The notes beneath the pieces are model-generated. The model saw only the letters and a program-made list of their open reading frames with translations. It made no database searches and was not told where the DNA came from. From Desulfovibrio sp. (GTDB taxonomy: Bacteria; Desulfobacterota; Desulfovibrionia; Desulfovibrionales; Desulfovibrionaceae), in assembly GCA_031548905.1 (NCBI GenBank), contig JAVBQP010000034.1:46746-110745 (forward strand): DNA of 64,000 bases, in the 5' to 3' direction. Positions 17,891-26,199 of this stretch are shown in pieces (the first letter of the stretch is position 1; every line of letters starts with the position of its first letter). The position numbers and the translations under genes are program-made.

Positions 17891-18574
17891 ATGTTCAAAA
17901 CATTGCAGGGCCGGAGTACCGGGGATTTTCCCGCCGGGTTCGCCACGGTTCTGGAATCGTGGTTCGCGGTCATTCATGCTTACGAGAAAGACAGCCGCAT
18001 TGGGAACAGTGCCGGCGACGCCATCTACTGGTATACCGAGCGGGCCAATGTCGGCGCGTTTGCCGCCGCCCTGGCCAGACTCGACTGTTCCACCCTCGAG
18101 GAATACAACTGCGCGAAAGGCCATAAGGCCGAGCCCGGCAGAGCCGATCTCAGTTTTTTTTGGGATAACCGGTGGTATCTCGTGGAAGCCAAGCAGAAGT
18201 GGGTGGGGCTTGTATCATGCGCTTCACGCCTGAGTGGCGAGGCATTGTGCAAAGATGCCGAGGACGACGCCCGACGCACCAAAGTGAGGAACACCTGGTC
18301 CGTTCCCATAGGCCTGACCTTTGTGGTGCCGCATGTTGCTCCGAACTACCGGGAGAACATCACGCAGTATGTCGTGGCCGCCGGCGCCCGGCTTCAAGAG
18401 GATACATATTGCGATTTTTGGGCCTATTGCGCTCCCGGCTCGCTGCGGGAGTTGAAATCCCCGACCGACGGCAATTATTACCCAATGGTCATCATGCTCG
18501 GGAAGCGTGTGCCGGAGTGGAGCTCAACCGCCGGCGTCACGCCGGCCCCCAACCGACAGGAGAAACGGATATGA
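17891..18574 (+). CDS. Hypothetical protein with a PD-(D/E)xK nuclease-like motif
   Basis: ATG at 17891 preceded by GGAGGAG. The segment GRADLSFFWDNRWYLVEAKQKW fits D...(D/E)xK spacing. No family recognised by eye. Confidence 0.6.
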   Translation: MFKTLQGRSTGDFPAGFATVLESWFAVIHAYEKDSRIGNSAGDAIYWYTERANVGAFAAALARLDCSTLEEYNCAKGHKAEPGRADLSFFWDNRWYLVEAKQKWVGLVSCASRLSGEALCKDAEDDARRTKVRNTWSVPIGLTFVVPHVAPNYRENITQYVVAAGARLQEDTYCDFWAYCAPGSLRELKSPTDGNYYPMVIMLGKRVPEWSSTAGVTPAPNRQEKRI

Positions 18575-19038
18575 GCGATTTCACGATCACGGTCGTCGAT
18601 TGCCCGGCGAAAAGCCTGGTCGGCATGAAGGTGCGGACCACCATGCAAAAGGCGCAGGCGGACTGCCCGGCCCTCTGGCAGGAATTCGGCCCGCGCATCG
18701 ACGCCCTTTGCCCCGGTGGCGGCTGCACAGGGGCGTATGGGCTTTCGGCCATGATCAATGAAACGGAGTTTTATTACTGGGCCGCTGTAGAAGCGGAGGC
18801 CTTCGCCGAAGTGCCGGCCGGCCTGGAGCGCGCCGACCTCCCGGCCGGGCGCTACGCCGCCTGCCCGGTGCCGAATCTGGAAAAGCTCGCCGAGGCGTAT
18901 ACGCACCTTTATACGACCTGGCTGCCGAGCGCACCGGGGTACGTCATCAACGAACAGGCCCCCTGCTTTGAGCTCTACCCGTCGAACTGGCAACTGTCGG
19001 ACGCGTTCGCCTTGTACATGCCGGTCCGAGAGCGTTGA
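18571..19038 (+). CDS. GyrI-like small-molecule-binding domain protein (AraC effector-binding/SbmC-like)
   Basis: 155 aa (MSDFTITVVDCPAKSLVGMKVRTT...CFELYPSNW), typical of the GyrI-like fold. ATGA overlap with the upstream gene. Confidence 0.8.
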   Translation: MSDFTITVVDCPAKSLVGMKVRTTMQKAQADCPALWQEFGPRIDALCPGGGCTGAYGLSAMINETEFYYWAAVEAEAFAEVPAGLERADLPAGRYAACPVPNLEKLAEAYTHLYTTWLPSAPGYVINEQAPCFELYPSNWQLSDAFALYMPVRER

Positions 19039-19049
19039 GAGCAACCGAC

Positions 19050-19078
19050 GGCCTCTCCCCATCGGGGAGAGGCCTTTT
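19050..19078 (+). terminator. Rho-independent terminator
   Basis: GGCCTCTCCCC-ATC-GGGGAGAGGCC followed by TTTT, 12 nt after the GyrI-like stop. Confidence 0.65.
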
Positions 19079-19091
19079 CAGCACATGCCGC

Positions 19092-19358
19092 TCAGCGCAA
19101 TTGGCTGTCTTTGCCCGCCTTGCGGTTATACGCGCTGAAGGCGACGGCTTCTTTGTCGCGCTCTTCCTGGCAGGGAATGCACAAACGCACGCCCGGCAGG
19201 GCTTTGCGCCGGGCCTCGGGGATACGTTCTCCGCACTCCTCGCAGGTTTCCAGGCTCTCCCCTTTGGGGAGCAAGCTGCGCGCCCGTGAAACCTCGTCCG
19301 CGATAAAGTCGGCGATTTGATCGTTCACCGAGTTGTCGTTCGTCCATCCGCCGGCCAT
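19092..19358 (-). CDS. TraR/DksA family C4-type zinc-finger protein
   Basis: CEECGERIPEARRKALPGVRLCIPCQE four-Cys motif, 88 aa. Confidence 0.85.
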   Translation of the reverse strand: MAGGWTNDNSVNDQIADFIADEVSRARSLLPKGESLETCEECGERIPEARRKALPGVRLCIPCQEERDKEAVAFSAYNRKAGKDSQLR

Positions 19359-19390
19359 AGAGCAATTTCGCTTTGACGTTGTGTATGAAA

Positions 19391-19572
19391 CTAGGGTCAG
19401 GACTTGTTAATCCGCCTGCTGCAAAGCCGTCTTTTTCCGGCCTGCTGCGTCGCAAGGGAAAATTTGACCTCACAGTATGTCGATACAGCTTCGTCCAACT
19501 TTTCCCTTGCTCCTTGCAGGCCCAAAAAACTCGGCTTTTCGCGGACGGCGTCTTAACGAGTCCTGACCCTAG
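19391..19572. repeat. 182-bp long imperfect palindrome, MITE-like element
   Basis: Terminal 20-bp inverted repeat CTAGGGTCAGGACTTGTTAA / TTAACGAGTCCTGACCCTAG (19/20). Interior also self-complementary (GCAAGGGAAAA / TTTTCCCTTGC). No credible ORF inside. Confidence 0.7.
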
Positions 19573-19655
19573 AGTGCCGCAAAAACCTCAAACCAACCCG
19601 CAAGCGGGCGGCCGCCGTTCGTCTCTTTTCACAATGGGCACGAACGGGGCGTGGG

Positions 19656-20507
19656 TCAAGAGCGGGGGAATCCGCCACGCGGCAGGAGCGCCGTGAAGGC
19701 GGCGACGGCTTCGGCCAGATTGCCGGAGTTGTCGATTCGGACCAAATTGGGCGGGTCTGCCGGCAGCGCGGGGGCGTGGGTGAGGCGCTCCTCAATCTGC
19801 TCCGCGGTTTCCCTGCCCCTGGCCAGGAGCCGCTCGCGCAGGATTTCCGGGCGCACGGCGATCAGAACGGGGAGCAGGCCGGGATAGCGGCGCAGGGCCT
19901 CCGGCAGGTAGGCCCGTGAGCCGTTAAGCACCACCGTCCACCCCTGAGCGAGACGAGAATCGATGTCCTCGGCCGCGATGCCGTAGCTCAGGCCGTGGCT
20001 TTCCCAGTCCAGGGCGAAGGCTTCGGCCTCGCGTTTGGCCGCGAATTCGCCGGGGGCCAAGGCGATGTGATCTTCCCCGCCGGCATCGGCCGGTCGGGTA
20101 ATGTGGCGGCGGGCAAACCACACCCGCGCCTCGGGCGCTTTGAGGGCGGGCAGTTCGGCCGCCCCGCGCAGCAGAGAGTCCTTGCCGCACCCGGACGGAC
20201 CCATAACATAGACCAGGGTGCCGGGGAGAACACGCGCGGCGTCCGGCTCTTCAAACGGGATTTCCTTGAACGGCACCCGCTCGCGCATACCGCGCAGGAA
20301 TTCGCGGACTTCGCGCTCCTGGTTGGGGGAAAAACGGATTTGCAGCACCGCGCCGAAGCGGTCCACCACGCTCATCAAGCCCAGGTTGTCCGCCGCCTCG
20401 AGCAGGAAGCGAAACATACCCACCCGCGCCGGCTCGATGGCCACATACAGCCGGCCCGAGCGCCGGGGCACAGGCAGAATTTTGCCGCGCCGGGGACGCT
20501 TTCTCAT
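19656..20507 (-). CDS. DUF4911-like N-terminal domain fused to ribose 1,5-bisphosphokinase PhnN-like P-loop kinase
   Basis: ATG at 20507 overlaps the upstream stop (ATGA). The C-terminal 180 aa match my recollection of E. coli PhnN (MGPSGCGKDSLL..HITR...EDHIAL..LNGSRAYLP..ARGRE). The N-terminal about 90 aa resemble the small DUF4911 proteins of Desulfovibrio. Confidence 0.8.
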   Translation of the reverse strand: MRKRPRRGKILPVPRRSGRLYVAIEPARVGMFRFLLEAADNLGLMSVVDRFGAVLQIRFSPNQEREVREFLRGMRERVPFKEIPFEEPDAARVLPGTLVYVMGPSGCGKDSLLRGAAELPALKAPEARVWFARRHITRPADAGGEDHIALAPGEFAAKREAEAFALDWESHGLSYGIAAEDIDSRLAQGWTVVLNGSRAYLPEALRRYPGLLPVLIAVRPEILRERLLARGRETAEQIEERLTHAPALPADPPNLVRIDNSGNLAEAVAAFTALLPRGGFPRS

Positions 20508-21814
20508 GCCGGTTCCTTTGTCGCCCTGACCAGCAACACGCCGTTTTCCAGGCCCACCGGAGCGGCCGCGAACAGCCGCCCGGCCGGCGCGGGGCCGAGA
20601 ACGCGGCACTCCGTGTAGTATTCGTTGATGCCTTTGCGGCCCCCGTCGGTGCTCTCCGGCGCGGGCACGACCTCGGGGAGATCGAGTTGGCGTTCCAGAA
20701 ACCGGGCCTTTTTCTCCGTAGCCAAGGCGCGGAGCTCGGCGGCGCGGTGTTTTTTCTCCTCCGCCGGAACGGGAAAGGGCATGGCTGCCGCGCGGGTGCC
20801 GGGCCGGGAGGAAAACGGAAACACATGGGCGTAAGTCAGGGGCAGCTCCCGGCACAGGGCCAGAGTCTCGGCGTGTTCCGCGCCGGTCTCGCCCGGGAAC
20901 CCGGCGATCAGGTCCGCCCCCAGGCCCCAGACGGGCCGGATATCCGCCAGGGCGCGCAGAAAGCCCGGCAGGGAGGCCGGGTCGTAATGGCCCCGGCCCA
21001 TACGGGCGAGCACTGTGGGGCTGCCGCTTTGCAGGGAAAGGTGCAGGTGTGGGGCCACAATTCGGCAACGGGCCAGGGTTTCCAGGGCTTTTTCGCCCAG
21101 TTGGCCGGGCTCGAGGGACCTCAGGCGCAGGCGTAGCCGGCCGGCCCATTCCGGGGCCAGGGCCGTGTCCAGGGCCAGGAGCAGATCCCAGAAATCCTGC
21201 CGGGGCTCAAGATCCCGGCCGTATAGGCGCAGGTTGATGCCGTTGATGCCGATTTCCGGGAACCCGGCCTCGGCCAGACGTAGGGCCTCGGCCAGGGTGT
21301 CCGGCGCGGGCCGGGAGCGGGAAGGCCCGCGCGTGGAGGGAACGATGCAATAGGCGCAGTGGTGGGAGCAGCCGTCCTGAACCTTGAGCACGGCTCTGGC
21401 CCGGTGGTAGCCGGAAATGGACAGGGGCGGGAAGGCGTCCGCATCCGCTTGCGGCGGGGCGGGCGTTTCTCCCAGGGCGAGGGCCAGCAGGGCGGCCGGG
21501 TCGGATTTGAGGGCTCGCCCCGCAAGCACGGGCGGGCCGGGAAGGTCACCCGCCCCGTCGAGGACTTCGGCGGCGCAGCCGAACAGGATGATTCGGGCCA
21601 GGGGGGCTTCGGCATGGAGCCTGCGCACGGCCCGGCGGACGTCGGCCACGGCCTTGGCCGTTACCGCGCAGGAGTTGACGAACAGGCAATCGGCCCCGGC
21701 CGGGGTCGCGGCCTCTTGGGCGCCAAGGCCGAGCCAGGCTTCGGCCAGGGCGCGGCTTTCATACTGGTTGACCTTGCAGCCAAGGGTCTGCACGAAAAAA
21801 CGGGGCGCGGCCAC
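20504..21814 (-). CDS. Radical SAM methylthiotransferase, MiaB/RimO family (MtaB-like tRNA modification enzyme)
   Basis: N-terminal UPF0004 motif TLGCKVNQYES and radical SAM motif CSHHCAYC. GTG at 21814, 7 nt after the GGDEF stop, is preferred over the track start at 21916, which overlaps the upstream gene by 95 nt. Confidence 0.85.
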   Translation of the reverse strand: MAAPRFFVQTLGCKVNQYESRALAEAWLGLGAQEAATPAGADCLFVNSCAVTAKAVADVRRAVRRLHAEAPLARIILFGCAAEVLDGAGDLPGPPVLAGRALKSDPAALLALALGETPAPPQADADAFPPLSISGYHRARAVLKVQDGCSHHCAYCIVPSTRGPSRSRPAPDTLAEALRLAEAGFPEIGINGINLRLYGRDLEPRQDFWDLLLALDTALAPEWAGRLRLRLRSLEPGQLGEKALETLARCRIVAPHLHLSLQSGSPTVLARMGRGHYDPASLPGFLRALADIRPVWGLGADLIAGFPGETGAEHAETLALCRELPLTYAHVFPFSSRPGTRAAAMPFPVPAEEKKHRAAELRALATEKKARFLERQLDLPEVVPAPESTDGGRKGINEYYTECRVLGPAPAGRLFAAAPVGLENGVLLVRATKEPA

Positions 21815-21821
21815 GGGCGGC

Positions 21822-22754
21822 TCAACGGCTGCAGACGCGGTCTTTGCCCGTGCGCTTGGCGTCGTACAGGGCGTTGTCGGCGCGCTCGATGAAGCTTTCG
21901 GGAGTTTCCCCGCCAATGTAGTCGGTGCAGCCGATGCTCACGGTGATCGGGGGCAGGGAACCGAAGGTGTGCCCGGCGATGTCGCGGCGCAGCTTTTCCG
22001 CCAGGCGCAGGGCCTGGGCGCCGCCCGAAAACGGGGAAAGCACGGCGAATTCCTCCCCGCCGTAGCGGGCGGGCAGGTCGTCGCGGCGCAGGGAGGCGCG
22101 CAACAACCGGCCGAGGGCGCTCAGAACGGAGTCCCCGGCCAGATGCCCGTGTGTGTCGTTGACGCGTTTGAAATCGTCGATGTCGAGCAGGAGCAGGGCC
22201 AGAGGCGCGCCCGTTTTGGCCGAGTGGGCCGTGGCGGTGCGCAGCGCCTCCATGAAATCGGCCCGGTTGTGCAGGGTGGTCAGCTCGTCAAAGCGGGACT
22301 TGTGTTTATACACTTCCAGGGCCCCGGAGATCATCCGGCGCTCCAGCAGGTGTTCCCGAGCCTTTTGCAGGATACGCGAGCGGTCCGCGAAATCGTCGCT
22401 CAGGTAGCGCAGCACCAGCAGTTGCCGGCCGCGCACCGAAAGGGCCGTGACGATCAGGGCCTTGCCTTCTTCCACGCCGTCTTCCTGCCAGGTGCCGGAG
22501 GTCAGGGAGCCGCCGCTCCCTTCCTCAAAAAAGTCTTCCGCGTCGTCCAGAAAAAAGCGGAGCATGTCCGAACGCTCCCAAGGCGTGACATTGGGCGCTT
22601 CTGGCGTGCCGCCGAACATATTGCGGTAAAAGGAGGGCATTCGCCCGAAAAAAACATATTCCCGAGGGCCGACGCGCCGGAGAACGGCTATGGCCAAAGA
22701 TTCCAGAACGGCAAGGGCGAGTTCGCCGTCATCGATGCGCTCGTTATCCCTCAT
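21822..22754 (-). CDS. Diguanylate cyclase (GGDEF domain) with an uncharacterised N-terminal sensor-like domain
   Basis: RYGGEEFAVL active-site motif with an RRDD (RxxD) I-site 5 residues upstream. The start overlaps the GTPase gene stop by 11 nt. Confidence 0.9.
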   Translation of the reverse strand: MRDNERIDDGELALAVLESLAIAVLRRVGPREYVFFGRMPSFYRNMFGGTPEAPNVTPWERSDMLRFFLDDAEDFFEEGSGGSLTSGTWQEDGVEEGKALIVTALSVRGRQLLVLRYLSDDFADRSRILQKAREHLLERRMISGALEVYKHKSRFDELTTLHNRADFMEALRTATAHSAKTGAPLALLLLDIDDFKRVNDTHGHLAGDSVLSALGRLLRASLRRDDLPARYGGEEFAVLSPFSGGAQALRLAEKLRRDIAGHTFGSLPPITVSIGCTDYIGGETPESFIERADNALYDAKRTGKDRVCSR

Positions 22755-23244
22755 GCAGCATGGCCTTGGTCAGAGCAATAAACGAGTCGTTGACCGCCAA
22801 ACCGGTTTTCGCGCTGGTGCGGGTTACGGCCACACCGGCGGCCTCCAACTCGGCCAGGCGGTCATCGGAAATTTCCCAGGCGCCGGCCAGGTCGGCCTTG
22901 TTGACCAGAAGCACGTTCGGCACGTCGCCGATCAGATTCAAGGCCATGTCGCGCAAGCTGAGAGCTACATCAAGGGTTTCTTTGCGGGTGCCGTCGGCCA
23001 CCGTGAAAAAGCCCATCGCCCCGCGCAGGTAGGAAATATTGACGTCAACGTAATCATCTTTGCCTTCCAGATCCCAGAGAACCAGGGATACTTCCCGCCC
23101 GTCGACGGTCAGCGTTTTTTTGCTGATTTTCACGCCCACCGTGGATAGGTAGCGGTCGGTAAAGATGGAGTGGACGTATTGCTGGACCAGTGCGGTCTTT
23201 CCGACGGCAAAGGAGCCGAGCATACATACTTTTTTACTGATCAT
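22744..23244 (-). CDS. Ras-superfamily small GTPase (Rab/Ras-like)
   Basis: ATG at 23244 gives 166 aa with G1 GSFAVGKT, a G2 Thr (STVG), G3 WDLEG, G4 NKAD and G5 SAK. Confidence 0.85.
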   Translation of the reverse strand: MISKKVCMLGSFAVGKTALVQQYVHSIFTDRYLSTVGVKISKKTLTVDGREVSLVLWDLEGKDDYVDVNISYLRGAMGFFTVADGTRKETLDVALSLRDMALNLIGDVPNVLLVNKADLAGAWEISDDRLAELEAAGVAVTRTSAKTGLAVNDSFIALTKAMLHEG

Positions 23245-23475
23245 GAGTCGTCCGTAGCTATTTCGGCCGCTTGGCCGCGCCGGGCCAAACATTCCCGGCG
23301 TGGAAGCATTGTTCGCGAAAACGCCGGAGGGGGGTACCGTATTATTGCTTATATGCCTGTATGCCGTCGGTATCTAGACGTATCCATTGAGAAAATTCGG
23401 CGGCAATGGTATACTGGAATCATTTGATTTACTTTATCTAGCTCAAAACGGTGTACAGCACAAGCCACTTCTGGA

Positions 23476-25329
23476 CTATTTCCCTAAGATATCGCGCGAG
23501 GCGTCGGCCGCCCGGATAAGCCGCACCCGCAGTTCGATGCGCCGGTCGGCCTGCTCGGGGCCGGTCGAAGGGGCGCCCCCGGCGGCGTAGTCCGCGCCCA
23601 TGCCGTAGATGGAAACCGGCAGCGCGGAGCCCTTGGCGTAAAGCATGGCCGCCAGGGTTCTGGCCCTGGCCTGGCTGATCTCATAGTTGCGCTTGGCGGA
23701 ACCGACAGCGTCCGCATGGCCGTAAATGGTCACGCCGGCGGACACACCCATTTGCCGGGCCAGATTTTCCAATTCCACCAACTTGTCCACGGCGTTGAGC
23801 AGAACAGGCAGATCCGCCGGAACAGGCATGTCGCCGCCCAGGGGGAACTCCACCCGGGCGCTTTCCACCTCGGCCACCAGCCGGTGCAGCTCGTCGGTGC
23901 GCGGATCGTGCAGGTCTTTGGTCTCCACGCGCTTGACGCCGGGCAGGGCCAGGGCCTCTTGTCGGGCCTCCAGAGTCCAGTCCAGGGGGGCGGTGCCGGA
24001 AAGGGAGAGCACGCCGTCTTCAAAGCGCAACAGCACGGTATCCGGCGGAGTGATCTTGTCGCGCACCCGCTCGGCCACCAACTCGGGCTCGTACGAGACA
24101 TAGGGAACGGCATCCAGCACAAAGTCGCCCTTGGTGAACCCGCTTGCGGCCAGTACGGAGTACGGATCGCGGGCCAGTTCGTCGCACAGGATCTGAATCC
24201 GCCAGGGCTTTTTCAGGCCCTCGCCGGCGGAGGTGACAGGCAGCAGGCCGGGCTCGCGGCGCAGGAGCTCCACCCCTCGGAGCATCTGCCCGTAAGTCAG
24301 AACCTGTTCCGTCTCGGCCGTGAGCCGGGCCATGAGGTGGGCTTTTTCGGTTCGGACCAGCTCGTAGCGCCACCAACCCAGGCCGGCGATCAGGGCGGCG
24401 CCCAGACAGACGGGCAGGAGCTTGGCCCACAGGGGCAGCGGCTTGCCTTCATCCACGAAGCGGGCCGAGAGGCAGTCCTCAAGCCGCCTGTGGACAGCCA
24501 GGAACGGCGAGGTGTCGCCGTTGAAGGAGGCCAGATCCCCCGCGCACTCCATGAGCATGAGTTCGAAATTCGTCTGAATGCGGGAACGGAAATCCGCCGG
24601 CGGCGTGCCGCGCACCACGCAGGCCAGGAACGCCTGGGGGCTTTTTTCCATGTAGATGGTGAATTCGCCCAGGCGAATGGAATCCAGCTCTCCGCCGCCG
24701 CCGGTGAAACAGTCGCGGACAAAGTCCTGAATGGCCGTGAGCATGGCCGAAACCAGATCGGCGTCCTGGGTGTCCACCCCGTCGTTGACCGCGTGGGCCA
24801 GCACCAGGCCGGTTTCGCCGTGGATGAAAAAAACCTGCTCCACCCGGTAGACCAGGGTGTGTAGGAGCACAATCTCGCTGAAGGGCTTGCCCGAGCGCAG
24901 CGCTTCCCATCGCCAGCGCAGGCCTTTCCAGGAAAAGGACATTTCCAGGCTTTTGCTCAGGCTTTCGAGCATGGTCCGGAAGGCTTCCGCTATGGATCGC
25001 CGGATTGCCGGGCCCATGAGCGGAAAGAGCGCCCCGGCGAAATCCATGGGCCTTTTGCGCAGGGAGTCCTTGATAATCTCCTCGACCGTGGGCTCAAGGG
25101 CCTTGCCCAGGCGATCGTCTTTGCCGCGCAGGAGGATGGCGTCGGCAATGACCTCGGCCACATCGCGGGCTTGCGACTGGGGATCGTCCAGCCGGTTCTT
25201 GAGGCTTTCCAGCAAGGCGATTTCGCGGGCGAACAGCAGCCCGCGCAGCGTTTCCAGGTCGGCGTCGACCGGGATGTTCCCGGAAGCGCCCTGGCGCGTT
25301 TCGCCCGGCTCGGGCTTATTCGTCGGCAT
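23476..25329 (-). CDS. Single-pass membrane protein: cytoplasmic coiled-coil plus Roadblock-like region, periplasmic BON-like domain and OmpA-family peptidoglycan-binding domain
   Basis: TM helix LLPVCLGAALIAGLGWW in the middle of the protein. C-terminal OmpA-like GHADAVGSAKRNYEISQARARTLA. BON-like LRFEDGVLSLSGTAPLDWTLEARQEALALPGVKRVE. The start is either ATG 25329 or the track start at 25374. Confidence 0.85.
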   Translation of the reverse strand: MPTNKPEPGETRQGASGNIPVDADLETLRGLLFAREIALLESLKNRLDDPQSQARDVAEVIADAILLRGKDDRLGKALEPTVEEIIKDSLRKRPMDFAGALFPLMGPAIRRSIAEAFRTMLESLSKSLEMSFSWKGLRWRWEALRSGKPFSEIVLLHTLVYRVEQVFFIHGETGLVLAHAVNDGVDTQDADLVSAMLTAIQDFVRDCFTGGGGELDSIRLGEFTIYMEKSPQAFLACVVRGTPPADFRSRIQTNFELMLMECAGDLASFNGDTSPFLAVHRRLEDCLSARFVDEGKPLPLWAKLLPVCLGAALIAGLGWWRYELVRTEKAHLMARLTAETEQVLTYGQMLRGVELLRREPGLLPVTSAGEGLKKPWRIQILCDELARDPYSVLAASGFTKGDFVLDAVPYVSYEPELVAERVRDKITPPDTVLLRFEDGVLSLSGTAPLDWTLEARQEALALPGVKRVETKDLHDPRTDELHRLVAEVESARVEFPLGGDMPVPADLPVLLNAVDKLVELENLARQMGVSAGVTIYGHADAVGSAKRNYEISQARARTLAAMLYAKGSALPVSIYGMGADYAAGGAPSTGPEQADRRIELRVRLIRAADASRDILGK

Positions 25330-26008
25330 CGTCGACGGTTTCTTCCATGCCGCCCTGGCCGGACTCCAGCTCAAGGGTCCACTGCCCGCTGAGCTTGACG
25401 GCCACTTCGGTCAGCATGGAAGAGAGGCTGGAGCGGTATACCATGTCCTGGCGAATTTGGGCCGCGGTCTTGGAGAGAACGGACAGGGATTCCCGGTACT
25501 TTTCCTCGATTTTATCCGAAAGCCCGCCGCTTTCGGCCAGGAGCAGGTCGCGCAGATTCCGCTCGGCGTCATCGAGCGAATCGGTCAGGCGCGAGACCTT
25601 GCGATCCATGGCATCGTTCAGGGCGGCCAGATCTTTGGTCAGCTTGGCCAGAGCCTCGGCGCGCTCGCGCTGTTCGGTCTTGAGGGCTTCCGCCCGCTCG
25701 GCGCGCTCGGTTTCCACGGCTTCCGTCCGCTCGCGTTGCTCGTCTTTGAGGGCCGACTCCAGGGCGCTCTTTTCCTCTTTGAGCCGGGCCAGCAGCGAGG
25801 CCGTTTCGCTTTTCATGAATGTTTCCAGGGAATCCAGGCGCTTTTTCATGGAGTCGCGGGCGTCGGCCACCTCGCGCGTGAAGCGTTCTTCCCGGCGCTG
25901 GAAACGGGTTTCCATGTCTTTCAACTGCGCGCCGAACAAAAGTTCGCGCACCTGCTCCATGGGGGCGGTTTCCGTTCCCGACCCGGAATCGCCGGCACGT
26001 TTGGACAT
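25316..26008 (-). CDS. Coiled-coil protein (Glu/Arg-rich heptad repeats)
   Basis: ATG at 26008 with a GAGAGG Shine-Dalgarno. Repetitive EQRERTEAVETERAERAEALKTEQRERAEAL. Its N-terminal motif VRELLFGAQL is related to LRGLLFAREI of the next gene. Confidence 0.7.
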   Translation of the reverse strand: MSKRAGDSGSGTETAPMEQVRELLFGAQLKDMETRFQRREERFTREVADARDSMKKRLDSLETFMKSETASLLARLKEEKSALESALKDEQRERTEAVETERAERAEALKTEQRERAEALAKLTKDLAALNDAMDRKVSRLTDSLDDAERNLRDLLLAESGGLSDKIEEKYRESLSVLSKTAAQIRQDMVYRSSLSSMLTEVAVKLSGQWTLELESGQGGMEETVDDADE

Positions 26009-26199
26009 AAATATACCTCTCGGAGAATGGGGAGTTATCAATAAAACACAGCTTGATTATGCTACCCTTCAATGTCGGCATTGGCAAGTATTCGGAGAGA
26101 AACGCCAGGGTTTGCCGCGGAGGATCCTGCCCCGCACGGGTTTTGCAAATCCCAAACTGGTGGGCGGACTTTGCCCGCACACCCCCACCGGAGGCACCC

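Noticed and set aside
26131-26146. Sigma-54-like promoter CCGCACGGGTTTTGCA upstream of the 143-aa ORF.
   Set aside because: The spacing and the -12 TTGCA fit, but the invariant -24 GG is CG here. That is too weak to call without a position weight matrix score or transcription start data.
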